A stretch of 64,000 nt of DNA from contig CAMAQA010000005.1 in the NCBI GenBank assembly GCA_945860415.1, positions 507-64,506 of the forward strand. The letters run 5' to 3'. Source of the stretch: Bacteriovorax stolpii (GTDB lineage Bacteria; Bdellovibrionota; UBA1018). The translations under genes and the position numbers were made by a program. The number at the start of each line of letters is the position of its first letter. Position 1 is the first letter of the stretch. Positions 9,302-19,067 of the stretch are shown piece by piece. The notes under the pieces are model-generated. The model was given only the letters and a program-made list of their open reading frames with translations. It was not told where the DNA came from and did no database searches.

Positions 9302-11467
9302 ATGAGCACAACAACCGCAAACTCGACGCCGACGGGCGAGCTCGAGAAATTTCAATACGACGACGGAATCGTCAAAAAATTCGTCGTCGTGACCCTGATC
9401 TGGGCCGCCGTGGCCTTTCTGCTGGGAATCCTCGTGGCCCTGCAGCTTTCGGACTGGCGCCTGAACTTCGACCTGCCCTGGCTGACCTACGGTCGCCTGC
9501 GTCCGCTGCACACCAATGCGGCGATTTTCGCCTTTGCGGGCAACGCCATCTTCGCCGGCATCTACTACTCCACGCAGCGACTGCTGAAGACCCGGATGTT
9601 CTCGGACAAGCTCAGCAGCATTCATTTTTGGGGCTGGCAGGCCATCATCGTTGCCGCAGCGATCACTCTTCCACTCGGCATTTCAGTGAGCAAGGAATAC
9701 GCCGAGCTGGAGTGGCCGATCGACATCGCCATCGCCGGAATCTGGGTCGTCTTCGCGATCAACTTCTTCGGCACGATCGTGAAGCGCCGCGAGAAGCACA
9801 TGTACGTGGCGATCTGGTTCTACATCGCCACGATCGTCACCGTGGCCCTGCTTCACATCGTGAACTCGATCAATATTCCGGTGAGCCTCTGGAAGAGCTA
9901 TCCGGTCTTTGCGGGCGCACAGGACGCCCTCGTCCAGTGGTGGTACGGCCACAATGCCGTCGCCTTCTTCCTGACGACGCCGTTCCTCGGCCTCATGTAC
10001 TACTACCTGCCGAAGGCCGCGAATCGGCCGGTGTACAGCTACCGCCTGTCAATCGTGCACTTCTGGTCGCTGGTGTTCATCTACATCTGGGCCGGACCGC
10101 ACCACCTGCTCTACACGGCACTGCCGGAGTGGGCGCAGACCCTCGGCATGATCTTCTCGGTGATGCTGCTCGCCCCCAGCTGGGGCGGCATGATCAACGG
10201 CCTGCTCACGCTCCGTGGAGCCTGGGACAAGGTTCGCGTCGATCCGATCCTGAAGATGTTCGTCGCTGCCCTGACCTTCTACGGCATGTCGACGTTCGAA
10301 GGTCCGCTGCTGTCGATCAAGTCGGTCAACCTGCTCGGACACTACACGGACTGGATTATTGGTCACGTCCACGGCGGCACCCTGGGCTGGAACGGGTTCA
10401 TGTCGTTTGCCATGATCTACTGGCTCGTGCCGAAGCTCTGGCGCACGACGCTTTACAGCGTGCAGCTGGCCAACTGGCACTTCTGGACCGGACTGCTCGG
10501 CACCCTGGCCTACTACATCTCGATGGTCAGCGCGGGCATCACGCAGGGCCTGATGCTTCGCGCGATCGACTCGACCGGACGCCTGCAATATCCGGATTTC
10601 ATCGAGACGGTCACGAAGATCGTTCCGCTCTACTGGGTTCGCGCGCTTGCCGGAGTTCTGTACCTCGGCGGATTCCTGGTCATGGCCTACAACATCTGGA
10701 TGACGGTCAAGAGCGCCCCGGCCGAACAGAAGGACGAAGAGGCCGTTGCTCCGAGGCTCGTGCTCGGCTCCTCGACTCTGACGACGACGGTGGACAAGTT
10801 TCACCGCCAGCTCGAAGGAATGGGCGGCGCCTTCACAGCGCTGACGGTCGTTTCGGTGATGGTCGGTGGCGCAATCGAGATCATCCCGACCTGGTTCGTG
10901 GGTGGTTACCTTGAGGCCCCCCCGAGCGTGACACCGTACACGGCACTGCAGCTTCACGGGCGCGACATTTACGTCCGCGAGGGCTGCTACACCTGCCACT
11001 CACAGATGGTCCGACCGATTCCGGCCGAGACGCTCCGCTATGGAGCCTACTCGCGCGCCGAAGAATCGGCCTACGATCGTCCGTTTCAGTGGGGCTCGAA
11101 GCGCACCGGACCGGACCTTGCCCGCCTCGCAGGCAAGTATCCCGATCTGTGGCACTTCCGTCACATGCTGAATCCGCGCGACGTGGTCGCCGGCTCACTG
11201 ATGCCGTCTTATCCGTGGCTCTTCGAGGATAGAACGAACTTCAAGGTGATGAGCAAGAAGATGGCCGTCATGAAGCAGCTCGGCGTGCCCTACACGGACG
11301 AACAGGTCGAGAAGGCTTCGGTCGATGCGCAGGCGGAGGCCGAACGCATTGCCGCAGGCCTGACCGAACAGGGCGCGCCGCCAAAGGTGGCCGACAAGGA
11401 GATCATCGCGCTGATCGCCTACCTGCAGAAGCTGGGCGCCGACTTCAAGAAAGGCGGAATCCAGTAA
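9302..11467 (+). CDS. ccoNO: cbb3-type cytochrome c oxidase, fused subunits I/II
   Basis: RLRPLHTN, WWYGHNAV, GPHH and GHVH motifs, followed in frame by CcoO GCYTCHSQMVRP and WGSKRTGPDL. Confidence 0.97.
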   Translation: MSTTTANSTPTGELEKFQYDDGIVKKFVVVTLIWAAVAFLLGILVALQLSDWRLNFDLPWLTYGRLRPLHTNAAIFAFAGNAIFAGIYYSTQRLLKTRMFSDKLSSIHFWGWQAIIVAAAITLPLGISVSKEYAELEWPIDIAIAGIWVVFAINFFGTIVKRREKHMYVAIWFYIATIVTVALLHIVNSINIPVSLWKSYPVFAGAQDALVQWWYGHNAVAFFLTTPFLGLMYYYLPKAANRPVYSYRLSIVHFWSLVFIYIWAGPHHLLYTALPEWAQTLGMIFSVMLLAPSWGGMINGLLTLRGAWDKVRVDPILKMFVAALTFYGMSTFEGPLLSIKSVNLLGHYTDWIIGHVHGGTLGWNGFMSFAMIYWLVPKLWRTTLYSVQLANWHFWTGLLGTLAYYISMVSAGITQGLMLRAIDSTGRLQYPDFIETVTKIVPLYWVRALAGVLYLGGFLVMAYNIWMTVKSAPAEQKDEEAVAPRLVLGSSTLTTTVDKFHRQLEGMGGAFTALTVVSVMVGGAIEIIPTWFVGGYLEAPPSVTPYTALQLHGRDIYVREGCYTCHSQMVRPIPAETLRYGAYSRAEESAYDRPFQWGSKRTGPDLARLAGKYPDLWHFRHMLNPRDVVAGSLMPSYPWLFEDRTNFKVMSKKMAVMKQLGVPYTDEQVEKASVDAQAEAERIAAGLTEQGAPPKVADKEIIALIAYLQKLGADFKKGGIQ

Positions 11468-11652
11468 TGCTGTCACAGGTGGCATCTCAATTTCCGATGA
11501 TCTGGCTGACGTGCCTGGCCCTGCTGATCTTTCTCGGGGTCTTCCTCGGGGTGGTCGCCTGGGTCTTCCGTCGCGGCAGCACTGAACTCTACCAACACCT
11601 CGCGGACACCCCGTTTTCGGGCGAGCCGACGAAAGGAGTACCGCTCCGATGA
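11467..11652 (+). CDS. ccoQ: cbb3 oxidase small subunit CcoQ
   Basis: 61 aa, single TM helix, between ccoNO and ccoP. Confidence 0.75.
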   Translation: MLSQVASQFPMIWLTCLALLIFLGVFLGVVAWVFRRGSTELYQHLADTPFSGEPTKGVPLR

Positions 11653-12248
11653 GCACCGACAACAAGCAAAACGAATTCGCACCGCCGCCGGGCATGGAAG
11701 TGCACGTGTATGACGGAATCGAGGAGCACGACAACTTCCTGCCTCGCTGGTGGCTCTGGCTCCTCTACGGCTCGATTGTCTTTTCGGCGGGCTACTATGC
11801 GCACTACACGTTTGGTCCCGGTCCGACCCTGCGTGACGAGTACGCGGTGGCCATGCAGCAGCTCGAAACCGTGCGGGCAGCCCATGCTCCGAAGCCGGGC
11901 CAGCCCGGTGGCGACACCGAAGACAGCCTGAAACTCTGGGCCGCTTCGGATACCCACCGTGAAAAGGGCAAAGAAGCTTACGTCGCCAAGTGCGCCGTCT
12001 GCCACGGCCAGAAGGGAGAAGGCGGAATCGGCCCCAACCTCGCGGATGACTACTGGATCCACGGTGCCCAATACGTGCAGCTTGCCAAGGTCATCGCCAA
12101 TGGCGTGACCGACAAGGGCATGCCCCCCTGGGGCGCACTAGTCTCGCCAGACGAGCTGAAGTCGCTGGTGGCCTACGTCCGCGCGCTTCACGGCACGAAC
12201 CCTCCGAATGCCAAGGGCCCGCAGGGCGAGAAGGTCGTGATGGAATAA
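11649..12248 (+). CDS. ccoP: cbb3 oxidase subunit III (mono-haem CcoP)
   Basis: HVYDGIEEHDNFLPRWW, a single CAVCH, GPNLADDYW, GMPPW. Confidence 0.92.
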   Translation: MSTDNKQNEFAPPPGMEVHVYDGIEEHDNFLPRWWLWLLYGSIVFSAGYYAHYTFGPGPTLRDEYAVAMQQLETVRAAHAPKPGQPGGDTEDSLKLWAASDTHREKGKEAYVAKCAVCHGQKGEGGIGPNLADDYWIHGAQYVQLAKVIANGVTDKGMPPWGALVSPDELKSLVAYVRALHGTNPPNAKGPQGEKVVME

Positions 12249-12252
12249 ACTG

Positions 12253-13653
12253 ATGAGCAATCCTCGCGAGCTTCCCACCGATCATCTGGCCACGACAACC
12301 AAGGACGGACACCGGGTCTATCTCTACCCGGCTGACGTGCGAGGCTTCTTCAGGACCCTCAGGAATTTCCTGAACGTGATCCTGATCGCCTTCTTCCTGG
12401 CGCTGCCGTGGATCCGGATCGGTGGGAGGCCCGCGATCCTGCTCCATCTTCCGGAGCGCAAGTTCGCCATCCTCGGAATCCAGTTCTGGGCGCATGATGC
12501 CCCGATGCTGTTTTTCGTGATCGCGGGAGCCGTGCTGACGATCTTTTTCATCACGGCAGTATGGGGAAGAATCTGGTGCGGCTACGCGTGTCCGCAGACG
12601 GTCTTCGTGGACGGCGTCTTCCGAAAGATCGAGCGCTGGATCGAGGGAGATTCGATTGCACGCAGGAGGCTCGATGAAGGACCGTGGACGTCCGACAAGG
12701 TCTTCAAGAAGGCTGCGAAGTGGGGCGTCTTTGTCGCGGTTTCTCTCGTGATTGGCCACAGCTTTCTCGCCACCTTCACCGGAACCGAAGCGCTGGCGGA
12801 GATGATGAAGCAGTCTCCGCTCCAGAGCCCGGGCGCATTCGGAGTGATGGCCTTCATCTCGGGGCTCGTGCTCTTTGACTTCGGCTGGTTTCGCGAGCAG
12901 TTCTGCCTCATCGCCTGCCCTTACGGTCGCTTCCAGTCGGTGCTGATGGATGATCGCTCGATGGTCGTCGGCTACGACGTCAAGCGCGGTGAACCCCGGC
13001 GTGGCGTCGCCCCGCCGAACCCGCCCACCGGCGACTGCGTCAACTGCTACCGCTGCGTGGCCGTCTGTCCGACCGGCATCGACATTCGTCGCGGCACGCA
13101 GATGGAGTGCATTGCCTGCACGGCCTGCATGGACGCGTGCGACCGAGTCATGGAAAAGATCGGAAAACCGACCGGCCTCATTCGCTACAAGACCTTTGCC
13201 GGCGACCGAGACCAGGTTTCGCCCTTCCGTCCGCGCAGCATCCTCTACGCCGTGCTGCTGGCACTCGTGGCGAGCGCGCTCGTCGTCAAGATCAGAAATC
13301 ACCAGCTCGTCTCGGCGGATTTCGTTCGCGCCACCGAAGCACCGTACCAGGTCGTTCCGAACGCCGATGGCGGCGCAACCGTGACGAACCACTTCAAGCT
13401 CGATATTCGAAACCAGGATTTCGATCCGTCGCAGGTGCGGGTGCGTCTTGCCGAAGAGTCGAAGGCTCGGGGCGTGGAGCTCGTCACCGTCCATCCGGAG
13501 CTGGAACTGCGGGCGGGCGAGCTTCGCAGGCTCGACGTGTTCTTTCGCTTTCCGAAGTCGATCGTCGAAAAAGGTCGTGTCCAGGCCTTTGTCGAAATCG
13601 CGGGCAAGGATCTCATCCGCCAGGAGGTGAGGCTTGTCGGCCCTCTCTTCTGA
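12253..13653 (+). CDS. ccoG: cbb3 accessory Fe-S membrane protein CcoG/FixG
   Basis: GRIWCGYACPQTVF, FCLIACPYGRFQ and two CxxCxxCxxxC motifs. Confidence 0.95.
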   Translation: MSNPRELPTDHLATTTKDGHRVYLYPADVRGFFRTLRNFLNVILIAFFLALPWIRIGGRPAILLHLPERKFAILGIQFWAHDAPMLFFVIAGAVLTIFFITAVWGRIWCGYACPQTVFVDGVFRKIERWIEGDSIARRRLDEGPWTSDKVFKKAAKWGVFVAVSLVIGHSFLATFTGTEALAEMMKQSPLQSPGAFGVMAFISGLVLFDFGWFREQFCLIACPYGRFQSVLMDDRSMVVGYDVKRGEPRRGVAPPNPPTGDCVNCYRCVAVCPTGIDIRRGTQMECIACTACMDACDRVMEKIGKPTGLIRYKTFAGDRDQVSPFRPRSILYAVLLALVASALVVKIRNHQLVSADFVRATEAPYQVVPNADGGATVTNHFKLDIRNQDFDPSQVRVRLAEESKARGVELVTVHPELELRAGELRRLDVFFRFPKSIVEKGRVQAFVEIAGKDLIRQEVRLVGPLF

Positions 13654-14329
13654 CCTCATACCGATCGCCGTTCTTGGTGCAAGCCTGCTCGGCAGCGGCC
13701 ACTGCGTCGGAATGTGCGGAGGACTCGTGCTTGCCGTGGGACGTGGGCCCACCAAGGTGGGAGCGTATCACGTCGGAAGACTCCTCGGATACCTCACTCT
13801 CGGAGTGGTGGCGGGATGGCTCGGTGCCGCCACGATCGGCTCGGAGAAGTTCGGCTGGATCTCGTGGATCGCATCGCTGCTGCTGGCAGCCGCCTTCATC
13901 CAGATGGGCGTGAGTCTCTGGCGTGGCCGTGGAAACCACCTCTTTGCGCTTCCTCAGTCGTGGATCAGAAGACTTCACCAGGTCTCGCGCGGCAATGCCT
14001 TCGGTGTGGGCCTGCTTTCAGCGCTCCTGCCCTGCGGCTGGCTGCACGGATTCGTCCTCGCGGCAGTCGCCACGCAGAACCCGCTGAAGGGTGCCGCCTT
14101 ATTGTTTTTCTTCTGGCTGGGCACCGTGCCCGCACTCAGTGCTGCACCATGGCTCATGAAACAGGTGCTGGCTCCGCTGGGGCGGCGAACACCGCGGATG
14201 GCGGCCGTGCTCCTGATCGCTGCAGGCTTTGCGAGCCTCGGCGTGCGTGCAGCACCGCTCCTCGGCTGGAATCTTCACGCGCACGATGCATCAGCGCACT
14301 CCGCCCACGAGCAGATGATTTGCCGTTGA
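13634..14329 (+). CDS. DsbD_2 / TauE-SafE-like membrane protein of cco clusters
   Basis: HCVGMCGG and LLPCGWL motifs. Confidence 0.85.
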   Translation: MSALSSDLIPIAVLGASLLGSGHCVGMCGGLVLAVGRGPTKVGAYHVGRLLGYLTLGVVAGWLGAATIGSEKFGWISWIASLLLAAAFIQMGVSLWRGRGNHLFALPQSWIRRLHQVSRGNAFGVGLLSALLPCGWLHGFVLAAVATQNPLKGAALLFFFWLGTVPALSAAPWLMKQVLAPLGRRTPRMAAVLLIAAGFASLGVRAAPLLGWNLHAHDASAHSAHEQMICR

Positions 14330-14335
14330 TTGCAA

Positions 14336-14818
14336 CTACCGAGAGGTGGAGCGGCGCTCATCACGACTTTCGCGCTGGAGCTCGACAATCGCCATCGGCA
14401 GGCTCGAGGCAAGGATGCCCACCAGCCAGCCGATCATCACGAAAAGCTTCGAGCCGAGCGCGCGAGTTCCGCCAGTGCCGACAGGAATTCCACTGAAGAT
14501 CCAGGCAAAGACCGCAGCACCCAGCACGACGGACGCCACCAGGCCCGAGACGATCATCCAGGCAAAGCGGTCCATTGAAGATGCCGCCCGCCCCGTTCGG
14601 TCGAGCCACGCCAGCACTCCGCGTAGAACGGCATGCCCGGCAAGGCCACCGGCCGCTCCACCCGAGATGATGCCCGTCCAGTCCATCTGCTGGCCGAGCT
14701 TCCTCATCGCAAAGAGCGAAAGACCGGAGATCAGGATCGCCGCAATGGCGCCTGCCACGGCTCCGAAGAGCGGAGACTGCCAATACGAACGGGCACGCGA
14801 CGAGTGAGTTTCAGGCAT
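14336..14818 (-). CDS. Hypothetical membrane protein (~4 TM)
   Basis: Hydrophobic ORF from ATG 14818. Confidence 0.55.
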   Translation of the reverse strand: MPETHSSRARSYWQSPLFGAVAGAIAAILISGLSLFAMRKLGQQMDWTGIISGGAAGGLAGHAVLRGVLAWLDRTGRAASSMDRFAWMIVSGLVASVVLGAAVFAWIFSGIPVGTGGTRALGSKLFVMIGWLVGILASSLPMAIVELQRESRDERRSTSR

Positions 14819-14875
14819 GATCTCAACTTCGGCCACGGCTTTGATTTTCGCAAGGGGCGCGGTACATCCCGAGGC

Positions 14876-16000
14876 ATGGAAATGCGGATTGACCCCCAAA
14901 ATGCGTTTTTTCGATGCGTCGAGGACTCGAGCGAAGCCATCATGATCAGCGACCGCTCAGGCACGCTGCTCTATGTGAACCCCGCGTGGCAGCGCATTTA
15001 CGGATTCTCGGCCAACGAGGCGATCGGCAAGACGCCCGGACTCCTGCACTCCGGACTCCATTCGAAGCTCTTTTACGACAAAATGTGGGAGCAGATTCGC
15101 GACCCCAAGGTCGGCCACTGGAAAGGAGAGCTCATCAACCGGTGCAAGGACGGAAGCCTCGTGCCCGTGCTGCTCACGATCACGCCGGTTCGATCGACCC
15201 ACGGTGAGATCACCGGGTACATGGGAGTTGCCGTCGATGTTCGATTTCGGAAGGATCTCGAAGCCAAGGTGGCGCACCAGGATCGCCTGGCTTCAGTGGG
15301 CCTGTTGGCCAGCGGCATCGCGCATGAGATTGGTACTCCTCTGGGCGTGATTCGAGGACGTGCCGAAATCATTGCCGGAAACCTGGATGCGGCTGGAGGA
15401 GATCCAGCCACGATTGCCAGGATTCAAAAGAGCCTGGAAGTGATCGTCGGCCAGGCCGATCGCATCTCGCGCCTGATCCAGTCGCTTCTTGGCATGAGCC
15501 GCAGCTTCGGCGAGCTGCAGCTCCGGACTTTTGAAGCGAAGCAGGTCATCGACGAAGTCCTGGCGCTCGTCGGCCAGAACCTTCGCACCGATCGCGTCTC
15601 GATCCATCTCGATATCGAACCCGGGCTCGAGGTGATCGCCGACTCTTCGAGACTCCAGCAGATCATCCTGAACCTGCTGACCAACTCCACTCATGCCATC
15701 CGCAAGGCGATGCGCCTGGGCCGCACCAGCGGGCACGAGGTCACCATTCGACTGAAGAGCTATGGAGACCGTGTTCTGCTTTCCGTGACGGATTCTGGCT
15801 GCGGAATTCCGGAGCAGATGCTGAACGAAATCTTCAAGCCCTTCTTCACGACCAAGGATGTTGGAGAAGGCACCGGGCTCGGGCTTTCCATCGTGACCCA
15901 GCTCGTGAAGGAGATCGATGCGGAGATTGAAGTCAGGAGCACGGAAGGCGTGGGCACGACGTTCACCATCGCGCTGAGAAAGCCCCAAGCGCAGGCCTAG
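14876..16000 (+). CDS. Cytoplasmic PAS sensor histidine kinase
   Basis: PAS/PAC domain, H-box AHEIGTPL, N-box, DSGCG, FFTTK, GTGLGL. Confidence 0.93.
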   Translation: MEMRIDPQNAFFRCVEDSSEAIMISDRSGTLLYVNPAWQRIYGFSANEAIGKTPGLLHSGLHSKLFYDKMWEQIRDPKVGHWKGELINRCKDGSLVPVLLTITPVRSTHGEITGYMGVAVDVRFRKDLEAKVAHQDRLASVGLLASGIAHEIGTPLGVIRGRAEIIAGNLDAAGGDPATIARIQKSLEVIVGQADRISRLIQSLLGMSRSFGELQLRTFEAKQVIDEVLALVGQNLRTDRVSIHLDIEPGLEVIADSSRLQQIILNLLTNSTHAIRKAMRLGRTSGHEVTIRLKSYGDRVLLSVTDSGCGIPEQMLNEIFKPFFTTKDVGEGTGLGLSIVTQLVKEIDAEIEVRSTEGVGTTFTIALRKPQAQA

Positions 16001-17442
16001 ACCTCGGACTCCTCGCCCTCATTCTCGTCAGCGACGACCCATCCTGCTTCGCGTTCCTTGCGGTACAGCGTGCGGCGGTTGATGCCCAGGATCTGCGCGG
16101 CCTGTTCCTTCTTGCCACCGGTCTTCTCGAGGACCAGTCGCATGTAGCGGCGTTCGAGCTGCTCGAGCGTCGGAAAATCTCCGGTCGTGGTCGTGAAGAA
16201 TTCCTCTGCGCTGACGGTCACGCCGTCCGGCAGGTCCGCTTCGTCGATGAGGTGTCCCTGCGTGAGGACGACTGCACGTTCGACGAGATTCTCGAGCTCA
16301 CGCACGTTGCCTTCCCATCGCATGGCCATGAGCTTGCCCATCGCCCGACGCGTGAAACCATCCACTTTCGAGGCATTCGCGGACGAGTACTTGCGCAGGA
16401 AGTGCTCGGCCAGGACCGGAATGTCCTCTCGGCGCTGGCGAAGCGGCGGAATGACGATCGGAATCACGGAGAGGCGATAAAACAGGTCTTCGCGGAAGAG
16501 CCCTTCCTTGATGGCCTGCTTGAGGTCCTTGTGGGTCGCCGCGATGATGCGGACATCCACCGTCTTGCCGACGTTCTCGCCGACCGCGCGCACCTTGCGT
16601 TCCTGGATCACGCGCAGGAGCTTCGACTGGAGCCCCACGTTCATGTCGCCGATTTCATCCAGAAAAAGTGTTCCGCCCTCGGCCTCCTCGAAAAGGCCAC
16701 GCTTGCGCGTGTAAGCGCCAGTGAACGACCCCTTGGCGTGCCCGAAGAGTTCGGACTCGAGCAGCGTCTCCGGAATGGCCGTGCAGTTGATGGCCACGAA
16801 AGGCTTGTTCGAGCGGGGGCCGGTATTGTGGATCGCGCGAGCGACCATCTCTTTGCCCGTGCCGCTCTCGCCCGTGATCAGGACGTTCGCGGTGGCCTGC
16901 GACACGCGGCTGACGAGGTCGAAGACCTGCTTCATCGCCGGGCTCTTGCCGATGACGTCGCCGAGCGCCCAGCTTTTGCGGAGCTCGCGCACCAGGGCGG
17001 AGTTGTCTCGAGCAAGATTGCGGTGCTCGAGCGCCTTCTTCACGCTCACCGAAATCTCGGCGAGCTTGAACGGCTTCATGACGTAATGAAACGCGCCTCG
17101 CCTCATGGCTTCGAGGGCCGTCTCGACACTGCCGAACGCAGTGATCAGGATGATGGGAATTTCCGGACGGATTTCCTTCAGCCGGGCGGTGAACTCGAGC
17201 CCGTCCATCTGCGGCATCTTGATGTCCGAGATGAGGAGATCGATGTCGCCCTCCACATGTTCGACCGAAAGAGGACCTGATCGGCCGAGGGCTTCCAGCG
17301 CGGCGACAGCATTCGGAAACACCGTGACGTGGTAGCCTTCGGCCGAGAGCGAATCCTCGAGAAGCGAGCGCATCTCATGATCATCATCCACGACGACGAT
17401 CCGCGACTGGCGAGAACTGGTGGCGCTCTGCTTCGTGCTCAT
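15997..17442 (-). CDS. NtrC-family sigma54-dependent response regulator
   Basis: Receiver domain, GESGTGKE, GSFTGA, LFLDEIG, WEGNVREL, Fis-type HTH. Confidence 0.95.
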   Translation of the reverse strand: MSTKQSATSSRQSRIVVVDDDHEMRSLLEDSLSAEGYHVTVFPNAVAALEALGRSGPLSVEHVEGDIDLLISDIKMPQMDGLEFTARLKEIRPEIPIILITAFGSVETALEAMRRGAFHYVMKPFKLAEISVSVKKALEHRNLARDNSALVRELRKSWALGDVIGKSPAMKQVFDLVSRVSQATANVLITGESGTGKEMVARAIHNTGPRSNKPFVAINCTAIPETLLESELFGHAKGSFTGAYTRKRGLFEEAEGGTLFLDEIGDMNVGLQSKLLRVIQERKVRAVGENVGKTVDVRIIAATHKDLKQAIKEGLFREDLFYRLSVIPIVIPPLRQRREDIPVLAEHFLRKYSSANASKVDGFTRRAMGKLMAMRWEGNVRELENLVERAVVLTQGHLIDEADLPDGVTVSAEEFFTTTTGDFPTLEQLERRYMRLVLEKTGGKKEQAAQILGINRRTLYRKEREAGWVVADENEGEESEV

Positions 17443-17451
17443 GAGGGGTCC

Positions 17452-17856
17452 TTAATGCTTGTAGTTGGCGTCGAGCATCTCTGCCAGGACGCGCATGCCG
17501 TCCACGGCGGTGAAAATGCCCACTACTTTTCCGTTGGACTGCTGCACGATAGCACAACCCCACTTGTGCTCGGCCATCTCTTTGGCCACGACATCGGCCG
17601 GCGTTTCCGGAGCGACCGTGTACGGATCGGGGGTCATCACCTCTTCGGCGACCAGGTCGGCGGAACCTTCGAACGAGGCGGCCAGCTTGATGTCACGATC
17701 GGTGAGCACGCCGATCAGCTTTCCACCGTCCTGGACCGGAAGGTGCCGGATGCGGTGTTCGCGCATCATCGTGACGGCGGTTTTAATCGGAATGTCTCGA
17801 CCCACGGTGTGGGGCATCGGGGTCATGAATTTCTGGATCATCGGCATGGCTTTCAT
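17452..17856 (-). CDS. CBS-pair protein
   Basis: RIRHLPV...GVLTDRD and VVGIFT.VD; SD CAGGAG before ATG 17856. Confidence 0.9.
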   Translation of the reverse strand: MKAMPMIQKFMTPMPHTVGRDIPIKTAVTMMREHRIRHLPVQDGGKLIGVLTDRDIKLAASFEGSADLVAEEVMTPDPYTVAPETPADVVAKEMAEHKWGCAIVQQSNGKVVGIFTAVDGMRVLAEMLDANYKH

Positions 17857-17887
17857 CGGAAAAATCTCCTGTTGGAGACCCTTCAAC

Positions 17888-17903
17888 AGCAACCCGAATG
17901 CCG
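17888..17903 (-). promoter_or_regulatory. Putative sigma54 promoter of the CBS-NtrC operon
   Basis: Minus strand CGGCATTCGGGTTGCT = GG-N10-GC. Confidence 0.6.
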
Positions 17904-18062
17904 CAGGCGCAGAGCCCTCGGAAAATCTTGGATTTTATTAAATATCCCAGAATTTCCATGAACTTAGCAAGTGAACATCATCCAAAATCAACGGTCGCTC
18001 GCCCGTCCGGAACATCCATCACGGGACATTTTGGCCCACAATTGCGACGAACCGGGACAGGA

Positions 18063-18746
18063 TCAGAAGGCGGAGTCTGCCTCGGAATCTCGTCTCAGGG
18101 GAGCAGGAATGCGATTGGACGAGCCTTCGTCTTCCTTGTGGGTTCGTGAAGTCAATCCACGGCTGTAGACGGCACCGATCTCTCCGTCCCGATCCCAGGC
18201 AGGAAGGAGCGACTCGTCGATCCAGGCCTGGACCCTCTGCGAAGCTGAGGCATTGACTGGCGAGACATCGCTGATTCCGCGAGAGTGTGCCGTCATCCGC
18301 AACTGGTTGAAATCCTGGTGATGCTGATCGCGAAGCACCCAGCGGCCGCCTTCCCTGACGAGATCCATTCGAAATTCGCCATAAACATTGGAGCCAATCA
18401 ACTTGAACTGCTTCAGGTACCGCAGCGTGAGCGGTCCTCCGGACTTCAGATTGAATCCTTTACCGGCAGTCAATCGAACCGTCTCGATGCCGCTCGTGCG
18501 ATTCAGCACGAAGCCTTTCTGGAGCTGCTCGAGGGTCACCGGAGATTTTTCGAGCGAAACCCCGAGGTTGACGAGGTTACCGTCATCATCCAGGTTCAGG
18601 CTGATCTCGTTCAGGAACTTCGGGTCATCGGTTCGAGTGACTTTGAGCAGGGGCTGGTTCTGCAATGCAGCCCAGACCAGACCGACAGAAAATGAAAGAC
18701 CGAGAACAAGTGCGACCGAGGAACGGTATCTGGCAAAAAAACGCAT
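18063..18746 (-). CDS. Secreted hypothetical protein
   Basis: 227 aa with signal peptide ending VWA. Confidence 0.65.
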   Translation of the reverse strand: MRFFARYRSSVALVLGLSFSVGLVWAALQNQPLLKVTRTDDPKFLNEISLNLDDDGNLVNLGVSLEKSPVTLEQLQKGFVLNRTSGIETVRLTAGKGFNLKSGGPLTLRYLKQFKLIGSNVYGEFRMDLVREGGRWVLRDQHHQDFNQLRMTAHSRGISDVSPVNASASQRVQAWIDESLLPAWDRDGEIGAVYSRGLTSRTHKEDEGSSNRIPAPLRRDSEADSAF

Positions 18747-18776
18747 GTCGGCGACCCCTTTGGCAGAGTCCTAGAG

Positions 18777-18792
18777 AGCAAGCGACATACCG
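18777..18792 (-). promoter_or_regulatory. Putative sigma54 promoter
   Basis: Minus strand CGGTATGTCGCTTGCT = GG-N10-GC, 30 nt before ATG 18746. Confidence 0.45.
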
Positions 18793-18875
18793 CAGGTTTT
18801 CGGCTCCAGGGGCGATTTAGCGGGGAATCACTGTCCAACCATTGAGCAGCTGCCCAGGATCTGGACAACCAGAAA

Positions 18876-18910
18876 GCAAAAAACCCGCCTTTTCAGGCGG
18901 GTTTTTGTTT
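18876..18910. terminator. Intrinsic (bidirectional) terminator after tRNA-Asp
   Basis: AAAAAACCCGCCT-tttc-AGGCGGGTTTTT. Confidence 0.9.
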
Positions 18911-18915
18911 CGAAA

Positions 18916-18992
18916 TGGCGGGAGTGACGGGACTCGAACCCGCGGCCTTCGCCGTGACAGGGCGACGTTGTAACCAACTCAACTACACCCCC
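18916..18992 (-). tRNA. tRNA-Asp (GTC)
   Basis: GGGGGTGTAGTTGAGTTGGTTACAACGTCGCCCTGTCACGGCGAAGGCCGCGGGTTCGAGTCCCGTCACTCCCGCCA; anticodon loop CT-GTC-AC; encoded CCA. Confidence 0.97.
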
Positions 18993-19067
18993 GCGTCTCG
19001 ATTGGTTTCCGACAACTAAACGAGCCGGAAATCCAAGTCAACCATTTCCTCGGATCGAATCCGGGCC

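Noticed and set aside
18840-18992. Integrated element at tRNA-Asp
   Set aside because: No integrase or duplicated tRNA 3' end seen; the terminator follows directly
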